A stretch of 64,000 nucleotides of DNA from Paraspadella gotoi (taxonomy: Eukaryota; Animalia; Chaetognatha). This document shows positions 14,495 to 25,602 of this stretch, in pieces. Each line of letters begins with the position of its first letter. Position 1 is the stretch's first letter. Made by a program: the position numbers and the translations under genes. Location: positions 248,001 through 312,000 of the forward strand of contig CM119269.1 in assembly GCA_051294375.1 (NCBI GenBank). Direction: 5' to 3'. The notes beneath the pieces are model-generated. The model ran no database searches and had not been told where the DNA came from. It saw only the letters and a list, made by a program, of their open reading frames with translations.

Positions 14495-14670
14495 NTTTCC
14501 CTTTTGTTTCCGCTTTTGTTTTCGCTTTTGTTTCCACTTTTTTTCAACTTTTGTTTCCGCTTTTGTTTCCCCTTTTTTTTCAACCTTTGTTTCGACTTTT
14601 GTTTCGACTTTTGTTTCCACAAGTTTCCGCTTTTGTTTCCGCTTTTGTTTCCGCTTTTGTTTCTGCTTTT
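14495..14670. repeat. 12-bp tandem repeat (TTTTGTTTCCGC)n
   Basis: Visible tandem units next to a gap. Confidence 0.85.
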
Positions 14671-15547
14671 TTTCCGATTTTCATCCGCTTCTCTTTTTTC
14701 TTTTTTTTCTTTTCTCTCCTGAGGTTTGGATTTTCTTGAAAGATCAAACAAGAGATAAAATCTAAACAAAACTAAGGATTTTTCTTCTCTCAACTTTGAT
14801 GGGATTTATTTTAGCTGGAAGATAATTAAATACAGTCTAATTAGAATAAAGTGATAGTAAAGTATTAATCTTCGATTAAAATAATAATAAAGCATTAAAA
14901 ATAACGTTTATTTTTCAGAAGGTACGAAGTTTTTTAGATATTTACATTTTAATTCCCTTTTCAGCCAAAAATACGGAAAATATCTTTTTTTAGAACAAAA
15001 CTACTAATTAATACACCAAATATATAAAATATTAGCTAAAACATTCTAGAATTTTGCTACACTACTACATAAAAGGTGAAGCTTGTATAATAACATTCAG
15101 TAATTACTTTCAGATTTAATAAAATAATTTTCTGTTCTTTTAAAAATCGCTTATAGTTAAAGATGTTTATTTAAATTACGCGATCAGTAATCCACAGTAA
15201 CTTTCTACTTTCATTATAATAAAAAAAAAGAACAAGAAAAAAAAGTTTGCCTGGGGACTTTGACAGCAGGTGTTGTTACTAAAAACGACGACGACGATGA
15301 CGACAACGACGACGACGATGACGATATCAACGACGACGACGACGACGACTTAACAAAGATAAAAACAAAAGATATTCTTCGATTATGCAGTCAGGGTTTT
15401 AAATCGCAACGATAATTGAATCTCCTCCTCCGGTCATTGGCATCGTTGCCATCTTTGCCATCGTTGCCATATTTGCCATCGTTGCCATCGCCCGGATATC
15501 ACACAGCGCGATTGATCCATCTCCCCCCAGTGATCGATTAACTTCTG

Positions 15548-15592
15548 CTACACGAGATACATTATTCCGTTGATGGCGACTTTGATGATGAC
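15548..15592 (-). CDS. Putative secreted Cys-rich peptide precursor, exon 4 (VIIKVAINGIMYLV*)
   Basis: Strong acceptor 'tttctactttttgcatcag|', phase 0 continuing exon 3, TAG stop at 15550-15548. Confidence 0.5.
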   Translation of the reverse strand, partial: VIIKVAINGIMYLV

Positions 15593-15712
15593 CTGATGCA
15601 AAAAGTAGAAATGTGATCAGAGTGACCAAGTACCAGATTCCATAGATTTTGCAATCTGATTGGTCAGATGGAATCTCTCGGTAACTAATTTCGTTTGGTT
15701 GATTCCTGGAAG

Positions 15713-15861
15713 CAGGCTGGAGGGTTTTCTCGGTCCCCAAAGCGGTTTACATGCGTCCTCTCGCTTCCCATAGGGGAGGTACCATTGGGAATCGATCCCG
15801 GTACCTAAAGGTCATGAGCTGATAATATTACTCAAGGGTCATGCTTATAGGCGGGGTCAAC
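15713..15861 (-). mobile_element. tRNA(Met)-derived SINE-like element, diverged copy
   Basis: The reverse complement aligns by eye to 46945-47108 (ccccgcctataa...cttgagtaa...cgggatcgat...ggtacctcccct..ggga agc...gtaaac...ttgggg...gaaaac...agcctg). Confidence 0.6.
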
Positions 15862-15934
15862 GTAATGTAATGCCCGACTACAACATTGTGAGAGAGTGAG
15901 AGTGTAAAAGTTGAGAGAGATTGTGCGAGTCAAG

Positions 15935-16242
15935 ATTAAAATTAAAAATAAAAGATTAAAAGATTAAAAGATTAAAAGATCAAAAGATTAAATTATTAAA
16001 ATATTAACAGAATAAATGATTAAATGATTAAAAGATTAATAGAATAAATGATTAAAAGATTAAATATTAAAAGATGAAAAGATTAAATATTTAAGATTAA
16101 AAGATTAAAAGTTAAAAAATTAAATATTAAAAAATTAAAAGATTAAAATATTAGGAGATTAAAAGATTAAATATTAAAAGTTTAGAAGACATTGTTAAAT
16201 GTAACAACGAATGAAAAATCGAATTAGTAAATAAATAAATAA

Positions 16243-16308
<66 letters not shown>

Positions 16309-16935
16309 AAATAAATAATTAAATAAATAAATAATTTTATAAATTACTAAATCCAATGAAAATAAATTAACCAAACCTCTTTTAACCATTAATGGAAATT
16401 TTATCAATGTTCACTCGAAGCAAAAACAAAAAAACTGATAAGCGAATCGAACAAACGTCGAACGAGATGGATTGGCGTACGGACAAAGAAACGACAAAGG
16501 GACGGACAAACGGACGGACAAAGGGACGGACGGTCTCAAGGGAAATTGATGAATGGGAGAGAATGAAAAGAATGAAAGGTTGTCTGTCAGAAGCGTGAAT
16601 GAATGAATGAATGAATGAATGAATGAAAGAATGAATGAATCGATGGATGGATGGATGAATATATGAATGCACGCATGAGTAAAAGAAGAGATGAATGAAT
16701 GAATGAATGAATGAATGATGAATGAATGAAAATATGAATAAATGCATGAAACATTGAATGAATGGATAAATGAGTGAACGAATAATTAAACAAATGAATG
16801 AATGAATAAATTGATTAAACAATAAATGAATGAATGAATGAATGAATGAATGAATGAATGAATGAATGAATGAATGAATGAATGAATGAATGAATAAATG
16901 AATAAATTTATGAATGAATTAATAAATGAATTAAT
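15935..16935. repeat. Compound microsatellite block: (AAAGATTA)n, (ATAA)n, (GAAT)n
   Basis: Directly visible; lies in intron 3 of the putative peptide gene. Confidence 0.9.
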
Positions 16936-16953
16936 TAATTAACAAACACTTAC

Positions 16954-17016
16954 GTCAAACAAGTTGCAGGCGTCGAGACAAGAAAAGATCTTGTTAAGAG
17001 CATCGCTCCCGATCAA
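16954..17016 (-). CDS. Putative secreted peptide precursor, exon 3 (LIGSDALNKIFSCLDACNLFD)
   Basis: 63-nt exon with acceptor 'ttttcatcttcgtag|' and donor '|GTAAGT'. Only phase 0 is stop-free, and it matches the upstream exon across a 72-nt GT-AG intron. Confidence 0.65.
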
Positions 17017-17088
17017 CTACGAAGATGAAAATTTTCATCAAAAATATCTTACAGTTCCGACGCCATATCGTACAGTTCCGTCACCCAC

Positions 17089-17500
17089 CTTGTACAGTTC
17101 GGGACACATGACGGCGCAGAATCCCGAGAGGATTCCGCCTCCAACTCCTCGTCCGCCGACGAAGAGTTGGGGGACGAGGGCGTCAACGCCTGTCGCCTGA
17201 CGACGACGACGACGATGAAGACGACGACGATGAAGGCGAAGAAGTTGATCAGATTTAAGGGAAGAAAATTGAAGGCATAAATCGTTGGACAAAGAATCGA
17301 ATTTGGTGAGAGTCTCGTCCTCGGGACCTTTGAGGATAAATTTTTGTTGTAGTTGTTGCTGCTCCTGCTGTTTTTTCTGCTGCTGCTCCTGCTGTTTTTT
17401 CTGCTGCTGCTCCTTTTGGTGTGGCTGTTGATTCTTTTCAGTCAAATTCACAAATTCGCTTTTGGCGTCAAGAATCGAATTTCCGACAATTTGACGAAAA
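17089..17500 (-). CDS. Putative secreted peptide precursor, exon 2 (Gln-rich pro-region, RRRRR|Q site, first CX3C)
   Basis: Acceptor 'cttattccag|', open frame FRQIVGNSILDAKSEFVNLTEKNQQ...RRRRRQATG...FCAVMCPELYK, donor '|GTGGGT'. Overlaps track ORF 17038..17451. Confidence 0.6.
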
Positions 17501-17510
17501 CTGGAATAAG

Positions 17511-17541
<31 letters not shown>

Positions 17542-17654
17542 TTAATTAATTTGAGATCAAACTTTCTCTCTCTCTCTCTTCTCTCTCATCTCGTCTCTCA
17601 TCTCTCTCGATCTTTGCTTTTCTTTCTCACTCTCTTTCTCTCTCTTTCTCTTAC

Positions 17655-17702
17655 CTCAAGACCGAAGGCGCAAAAAACGAAGGCGAAAAAACCCAGATTC
17701 AT
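17655..17702 (-). CDS. Putative secreted peptide precursor, exon 1 (signal-peptide-like MNLGFFAFVFCAFGLE)
   Basis: CAAAATG start context, hydrophobic core, donor 'GAG|GTAAG'. Joining to exon 2 needs one 1-nt indel, probably in a T homopolymer. Confidence 0.5.
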
Positions 17703-17782
17703 TTTGGAAGAATAAGAGAAAAAATTCCTTTTCTATTATCGATCGAGTCACTTTTCTCTACTTTTGTCTTTTGTTTTCATTT

Positions 17783-17835
<53 letters not shown>

Positions 17836-19394
17836 ATCAACAACGTTGTGTTCATCGTCGTCGTCGTTATCGTCGTCATCGTTTTCTTTCTCTCGTTTCG
17901 ATCTCTGAATTTCTCACATTGTCGTTGTCGTCGTCGTCGTCGTCATCGTCGTCANNNNNNNNNNCGTCGTCGTCGTCGTCGTCGTCGTTATTCCATTCTC
18001 CCGTCTCAGTCATCGTCTTGTATTTCATTTATTTTATTGAGTCACAGTCACTGTTGATGTTATTACGTGATTTTCACAACTGTATAGGTTTAGATTATTC
18101 CAGTGTGTATTGTAATATTCTAGTCACAGTCATCGCCAATGTTATTGCGTCATTCTGTATATAAGGGTTTGATTATTTCATTAAGTTACAGTCGTCGTCA
18201 ATGTTATTATGAAATTCGTACTCCGTTAAGTATTAGATTATGTCATTATCAATGCTGTATGTATTTGATTAATTCATGAGTCAATGTCGTTGTTAATGTA
18301 TATTTAATAAAATTAAAACAATTTTCCAGTTTCGACCACCGAGTTTCTTCCTCACATTGTCATTCAAGCTTTTCTCTAAATGAGACGAAAAATCTTTTGA
18401 GGAGAAAAAAAAGAGAAAATGGAAATCAATATTCAGAAAAACAACAACAACAACAACAACAACAACGACGACGACGAAAATTCCCGACTTTTTTATCTTT
18501 TGTCAACAAGTTTTTTTTTAGTTTTTGCTTTTGTGGGTTTTTTTTTTCCTTGTTGTGGTTAATCGTTTTGTAGGAATGTTTACTTATTTTTGAGAAAAAG
18601 TTTTACTGTTTTGTTGAAGGATTGAAATTGTTTAAAACTGTTTTAATTAAACCGTTATAGAGCCAGTTTGATTTAGTTTCAACAACGATTTTTATTATTA
18701 TTGTTTAAACTAATTCAAAATGACTCTATTTCATAAACACAACGAAAGAAAGGATTTCACATAATTAAACCGTTGAAAAGTGGAGTTCGTAAGAGCTGTT
18801 TAGCTTTAAATTTAAGAACGCAAAATGTCTTTTTGCTTTCTTTGGATAGTTTTTGTTTCCGATTTTTCCCGCCAGAGTCCTCCAGCCTCGATCCCAAATT
18901 CCCTGCGATTCCCTTTTATCTTTTTTTCTGCGCGACTAATTAATGTTCTCTTTTATCTTCATTCGCTCTCCTTTTCTCCTGTTTTATCTTAATTCGCTTT
19001 ATTCTAAATTTCCTTCTGCTTCATTCTAATTTTACTTCTGTTACTTTCTTATTTTATTTTTCATTATTTATCATCTTCTACTTATTTGATTTGATTTCTA
19101 CTTCATTTAAATTTTGACGCGTTAATTCTCATCAGGGATGTTTTTATCCGTTTTAGAAGTTAATAAAGTTTATTATGGCTGGTTACTATTCTATATCCGA
19201 GCAAATGAAACATTTTCTGCAGCACCTAATCAATTTTTTTTTAAATTTTTTTCTCGTATTTTTTTTTATTATCTTACGCGTTATCTTCTTCGCTTTAATT
19301 AGTTAATTATCTCCGATTTAAAAAGTTTTCTTTATTCATTACTCATTCTTTATCTCTTATATTTCTTTCAATTTTTTTCTGTCCTTTAAGCCAA

Positions 19395-19655
19395 GTCGGT
19401 CCGTTGGTCGGTCGGTCGGTATGTCTGTCCCACTTACATTAAAAATGCATATAATTTGTTATTCTAAACCTCATATCTCAGAGACTGCTAGCTCCGCCTT
19501 CAAAAATTCCTAAAACTATAGGGAATAAAAGACGGAATTTTGATGCAGTGCATGTCATAAATACACACACAATACATACCCACAATAATTACACAGGCAA
19601 AGAAAGTGAAAATGAAGTCACTGCGTCGCAACACCTTGGAATTACCGTTCTTGTT
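19395..19655 (+). mobile_element. DINE-1/HINE-like element, copy 3 (5'-truncated)
   Basis: (GTCG)n plus 'tatgtctgtcccacttacattaaaaatg', 3' 'ctgcgtcgcaacac..gaattaccgttcttgtttt' matching copy 1. Confidence 0.6.
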
Positions 19656-19827
19656 TTTTTAAATTAATCATAAAGCTTTTTTTTTTCTTTTTATTATCTT
19701 CTCTGTTTGCATTTTTTTAATTATTTTTTTACCACATTTCTATTTTTAATTTTTTTCATCCTTGATTTATTGATCACGTTTCTTTTTTTAGATCAATTAC
19801 TTCCCGTTTTTTTTATGGGGACAAAGT

Positions 19828-20873
19828 TGATTGGCTTCCATTCCTCTTTGTTTAGTTTTCTTTCTTTGATTGGCTTCCATTCCTCTTTGTTTAGTTTTCT
19901 TTCCTTGATTGGCTTTTATTCATCTATGTTTAATTTTCCTTTCTATTTGGCTTCCATTCCTCTATGTTTAGTTTTCTTTCCTTGATTGGCTTTTATTTCT
20001 CTTTGTTTAATTTTCTTTCCTAGATTGGCTTCCATCACTCTTTGTTTAGTTTTCTTTCCTTGATTGGCTTTTATTCATCTTTGTTTAACTTTCCTTTCTA
20101 TTTGGCTTCCATTCCTCTTTGTTTAGTTTTATTTCCTAGATTGGCTTCCATTCCTCTTTGTTTTGTTTTCTTTCCTTGATTGGCTTTTATTTTTCTTTGT
20201 TTAATTTTCCTTTCTATTTGGCTTCCATTCCTCTCTGTTTAGTTTTCTTTCCTTGATTGGCTTTTTGTTTTTCTTTGTTTAATTTTCCTTTCCTAATTCG
20301 CTTGTATTCCTCTCTGTTTATTTTTATTTCCTTGATTGGCATTTATTTCTCTTTGTTTTGTTTTCTTTCCTTGATTGGCTTTTATTTCTCTTTGTTTAAT
20401 TTTTATTCCATAATTGGCTTTTATATCTCTTTGTTTAGTTTTCCTTCTTTGATTGGCTTCAATTCCTCTTTGTTTTGTTTTCTTTCCTTGATAGGCTTTT
20501 ATTCATCTTTGTTTAATTTTCCTTTCTATTAGGCTTCCATTCCTCTCTGTTTAGTTTTCTTTCCTTGATTGGCTTTTATTTTTCTTTGTTTAATTTTCCT
20601 TTCCTAATTCGCTTTTATTACTCTTTGTTTAGTCTTCCTCTTTGTTTTCTTTCCTTGATTGGCTTTTATTTCTCTTTGTTTAGTTTTCTTTCCTTGATTG
20701 GCTATTATTTCTCTTTGTTTAATTTTCCTTCCCTAATTCGCTTTTATTCCTCTCTGTTTATTTTTATTTCCTTGATTGGCATTGATTTCTCTTTGTTTTG
20801 TTCACTTTCCTTGATTGACTTTTATTTCTCTTTGTTTAATTTCCCTTCCCTAATTGGCTTTTATTTTTCTTTG
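19828..20873. repeat. ~39-bp minisatellite, about 27 units, most carrying (G)ATTGGCT (inverted CCAAT box)
   Basis: Consensus TTGATTGGCTT(cc/tt)ATT(c/t)CTCTTTGTTTA(g/a)TTTTCTTTCC, with recurring variant units. Confidence 0.9.
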
Positions 20874-23015
20874 TAATTTTTTTTTATTCCTATTTCGTTA
20901 AATCCTGATTTTTTCAAATAATTTTTTTTTTACCTTGATCATAATTGTTTTCCTTAATTCTCTTTTTTTGTATTTTTTTCGTTTCTTTTCTTTTTTTTTA
21001 ATCTCTCACCTCACTATTTTACTAATTTCCCCTTTCCCCGATGGTCCTACCTCCACCTTTATTTAATTTTATCTTTCACCGCTTGTCTTACTTCCCCCTT
21101 TTTAATTTTCTCTTTCCCCGATTGTTTTCTCTCCCCTCCTTCTCCCATCACATTCAGCGGTCCTGGTGTTAATGGCCTCTCTTCCGCCGCATGAGGCACC
21201 GAGAGGCGGCTGGCTGCGGCGGCGGCGGCTGGCTGCGGCGGCGGCGGAGGAGGAGGCGATCTGAGACCAAGAATTAATTCCTAATCATGAAAAATAATCC
21301 AGGTACGCCGCGACCAGAAACAAGAGGTGGATGGATGGGGAGGGAGGGAGGAAAGCAAAAGAGGGAAGGAAAGGAGGAATACGAGATGAGAAAAAAAGGA
21401 AATAGGAAAAAAAGGAGGATTAAGTAAGTAAGAAAAGAAAATAGGAAAAAGATAGAAAAGGAAGGTAGTAAACGGGGAAGAGTAACTTGGGAGGAAGAAG
21501 GAAATAGAGAGAAAGTAGTTCGGAGTTTTAAAAAAAGAGTAAAAAAGGGTAAAAGAAAAAAAGAAAGAAAAGAGTAAAAGAAAAAAAAGAAAGAAAAAGA
21601 GGAAGCGAGGAATGAAGCCCAGACGGACAGAAGGACAGAAGGACGTGCGGACAGAAAAAGAATTGAAGGAAGAAAAAATGAGATTGCTCCAGCGAAAAAT
21701 CCAGAGGTGGAAAGGAAAGATTCCTGTCCTGAAATCAGAGGAGGAAGACAAAAGACCTAAAGGGCAATCTCTCTCTCTCTCTGCTCTCTCTCTCTCTCTC
21801 CCTCTCTCTCGGTGCTCTCTTACTCTCTCTCTCTCTTCTTCCTCTCTCTCACGCTTCTTGAATCATCTCTCGCCCTCAGTGATTGGCATAGGTGGCATCC
21901 GAGTGGAATGTATCTCCTCTCGTCGTCGTCGTCGTCGTCGTCGTCGCTTCGTCGTTCACCTTCTCTCTTTATGAGTTGATGAATTCTCGTCGAAGACTTT
22001 ATTTAAAATTATTGGCGCAATTATTTATGAGTCGGTCAGTCATACTTTGACCGATCCGATCATATTATGTCTGTCATATCTAATCATATAGTATTAGTCT
22101 TTGGTTACCTTTAGCCATATTCAGTCTCATTTGGTCATATTAGATCATGATAGCAAAATTACTGTGAGATAGATTATTTTCAACTCGAAAAAAATTATTC
22201 ATTTTTCCTCATAATTCTTTTCACTTTTTTCGGTTGTTTTTTTTCTTACATTTTTTTTTTCGAAAAAAATGTTTTCTTCGATATCTGAATCTTATTCATT
22301 TGAATCTTATTCATCTGAATCTCATTCATTCGAAGATCGACGTCGATTCATCGTCGCGTTCATCAGATCACGTGACCCAAATTTTTTGCCTTCGAATTCG
22401 TTTTGAGGCGAAAAAAAATTTTGGGACGAAAAAGAAATTATGACTTTTTTGACTTTTTCGTTTTATCATCAGCTCTTTATCACATCCTCTCTCTATTTAT
22501 CACAACCTCTCTCTCTTTACCTCATCTGTGAATCAAACACTCAAGGAGAATCCTACACTTCCTCACGGTTGCCGTACTTATCACTGTGATTTATCCCAAG
22601 TCTACATGACCGTGAGCTCATGACTTTATTGGATGAGCGACTGGGTCACGACTGAAGGTATCAAGTTTGTATTCGGGGTGAACTTGTCTATACAATATTC
22701 TCTCTTTTCTGTATCCTCTCTTTTTCTCTCTTTTTCTCCCTTTCTCTCTCTCTCTCTCTCTCCTCTCTCTTCTCTCTCTCTCTGTCCTCTCTCTCTCTTC
22801 TCTCTCTCCTCTCTGCTTCTCTTTCTTTTTCCTTTCTTCTTTCCTTCCCCATCTAGGCTCCTCTTCTTCTCCTCCCTTTTTCCGACCAGTCTTCTCTCTC
22901 TCTCTCTCTCACGTCCCTCTCTCACTCCATCCTTCAATCTCTTGCCTCTTTCTTTCTCCTCTCCTCTTCTCCTTCTCATCCTCCTCCATCNNNNNNNNNN
23001 NNNNNNNNNNNNNNN

Positions 23016-23047
<32 letters not shown>

Positions 23048-23124
23048 GCTCTCTCCCTCCTCTCATATCACATCCTTTCATCTCTGGCAATTTCCAGTTT
23101 TCTTTTCACTCGTCCAAACTGCCG

Positions 23125-23158
<34 letters not shown>

Positions 23159-24468
23159 TCAAATTGCCCCAAATACATGAATATTTTTCTATTTCTGACG
23201 AAAAAAAAACTTTTTTTTTCAAAAAATGTCACTCGAGGCGTGAGAAGGAGGAGGAGGAGGAGGAAGAGGAGGATGACGACAACAACGACGACTAAACTTC
23301 GAGGGAGAACGATATGAATGACAAAGGAGGCGAAAAAATCGTAATGAATGACAAAAGAAAATTTATCAAAAAGTGATAAAGATTTGAAAGGGATTATAAA
23401 GAAAGGCTGGAGGGGAGAAGGATAAATTTATTAATTAATTGTTTATTTATTTAACTAGTGAGTTTAATTTGACTAAAAAAGTACAATAAATAGGAATGCT
23501 AAAGTTTTATTACGTATCGAGAACATTGCAACTATGTTAATATGCTGACAAAGATCACGTGTTCATCCAGTTAAGAAAATATNNNNNNNNNNNNNNNNNN
23601 NNNNNNNNNNNNNNNNNNNNNNNNNNNNNNNNNNNNNNNNNNNNNNNNNNNNNNNNNNNNNNNNNNNNNNNNNNNNNNNNNNNNNNNNNNNNNNNNNNNN
23701 NNNNNNNNNNNNNNNNNNNNNNNNNNNNNNNNNNNNNNNNNNNNNNNNNNNNNNNNNNNNNNNNNNNNNNNNNNNNNNNNNNNNNNNNNNNNNNNNNNNN
23801 NNNNNNNNNNNNNNNNNNNNNNNNNNNNNNNNNNNNNNNNNNNNNNNNNNNNNNNNNNNNNNNNNNNNNNNNNNNNNNNNNNNNNNNNNNNNNNNNNNNN
23901 NNNNNNNNNNNNNNNNNNNNNNNNNNNNNNNNNNNNNNNNNNNNNNNNNNNNNNNNNNNNNNNNNNNNNNNNNNNNNNNNNNNNNNNNNNNNNNNNNNNN
24001 NNNNNNNNNNNNNNNNNNNNNNNNNNNNNNNNNNNNNGTCCGTTTCCCTCTCCCTGTTTATATAGAAGGACCCTACAAGTATGGTTATTAACTCCCTATA
24101 GATCATGGCTTTCCTATCAATGAACTAATCTAATATTCGATTATATATTTCTTTTAATATAGATATATATAGTATTATAATTTATATATATTTACTGATA
24201 ACTGTTTAAATTGTTGAAAAATTACCAATCTACTTTAAGTATTAGATCTTGGAATAATGACCTCCTCCTCCTTCCCCTCCTCCATCCCCTCCTTCTTCCC
24301 CTCCTACTTCCCCTCCTCCTTCCCCTCCTCCTTCCCCTCCTCCTTCTCTTCCTCCCTCTCTTCCTCCCCTCTGTCACGTGACTTTAGCAAAACATATCGA
24401 TTAACGAGTGACGTGGAAAAAGACGGATAAATTCGAACGCAAAATGCACGTGCGACGATAAAAACCTG

Positions 24469-24505
<37 letters not shown>

Positions 24506-24814
24506 NNNNNNNNNNNNNNNNNNNNNNNNNNNNNNNNNNNNNNNNNNNNNNNNNNNNNNNNNNNNNNNNNNNNNNNNNNNNNNNNNNNNNNNNNNNNNNN
24601 NNNNNNNNNNNNNNNNAATAAATAAATAGAAAATTTGTTCATTTCTATTTAAAATTCTTTTTCGCAAATCTTTCCATTGACAGATTTAAAATAATATGTA
24701 TTTTAATCTTGGTTTGGTTTTATATCTAGCACTATCAATCTAGATTAGTTCTATCAATCTAATCTATCTATTTCACCTCTTCTCGTTGCTATCATAACTT
24801 ACAAGGCTGCTCCA

Positions 24815-25010
24815 TATATCATCATGATGTCATCTTTCATCAATATGTCATCTTTCATCATGATGTCATCTTTCATCATAACATCAGTCAAATGTCTTCT
24901 TTCCCTTTTCCCTGAGAAAACTTGTCTTCTGTTCAAATTCTTATCTTATTTTTTTTTCAGACGGCGACAACCATTCAATGAAGATCAGAGAGAGAGAGAG
25001 GGAGAGAGAG

Positions 25011-25073
<63 letters not shown>

Positions 25074-25397
25074 GAAAGCGAAAAAGACATTTCCTCTCTC
25101 TCTCACTTCCCCTTTCTCTCTCTCCTCCTCTCTTTCTCTCTATCTCCCCCTCTCTCTCTTATATATTTATCATCATGATGTCATCTTTCATTCAATATGA
25201 TCATCTTTCATCATGTGTCATCTTTCATCATAACGCTCAGTCAAATGTCTTCTTTTCCCTTTTCCCTGACGAAAACTTGCTTTCTGTTCAAATTTTTCTT
25301 ATCTTATTTTTTTTCAGACGGGCGACAACCATTCAATTGAAGATGGAGGAGAGAGAAGAGAGGAGGGAGAGAGAGAGAGATAGATAGATAAAGAGAT

Positions 25398-25439
<42 letters not shown>

Positions 25440-25530
25440 CGAGAAAGCGAAAAAGACATTTCCTCTCTCTCTCACTTCCCCTTTCTCTCTCTCCTCCTCC
25501 TTTCTCTCTATCTCCCCTCTCTCTCTCTCC
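24815..25530. repeat. Tandem ~350-bp duplication containing (GATA)n
   Basis: 24815-25160 and 25165-25530 are the same sequence differing mainly by small indels; probably an assembly artefact. Confidence 0.8.
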
Positions 25531-25566
25531 CCTCTATTCTTCCCCCTCTCTCTCCCTCTTTCTCTC

Positions 25567-25602
<36 letters not shown>

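Noticed and set aside
16954-17120. F-box, Kazal or small-Tim assignment for CAVMCPELYKLIGSDALNKIFSCLDAC
   Set aside because: Only partial resemblances: no LP..I F-box start or downstream domain, the Kazal PVCG cysteine and later cysteines are missing, and small Tims lack a signal peptide and furin site.
19828-20873. CRISPR array or repetitive membrane-protein CDS
   Set aside because: No unique spacers and a eukaryotic context; 38-bp variant units and stops break the frames.
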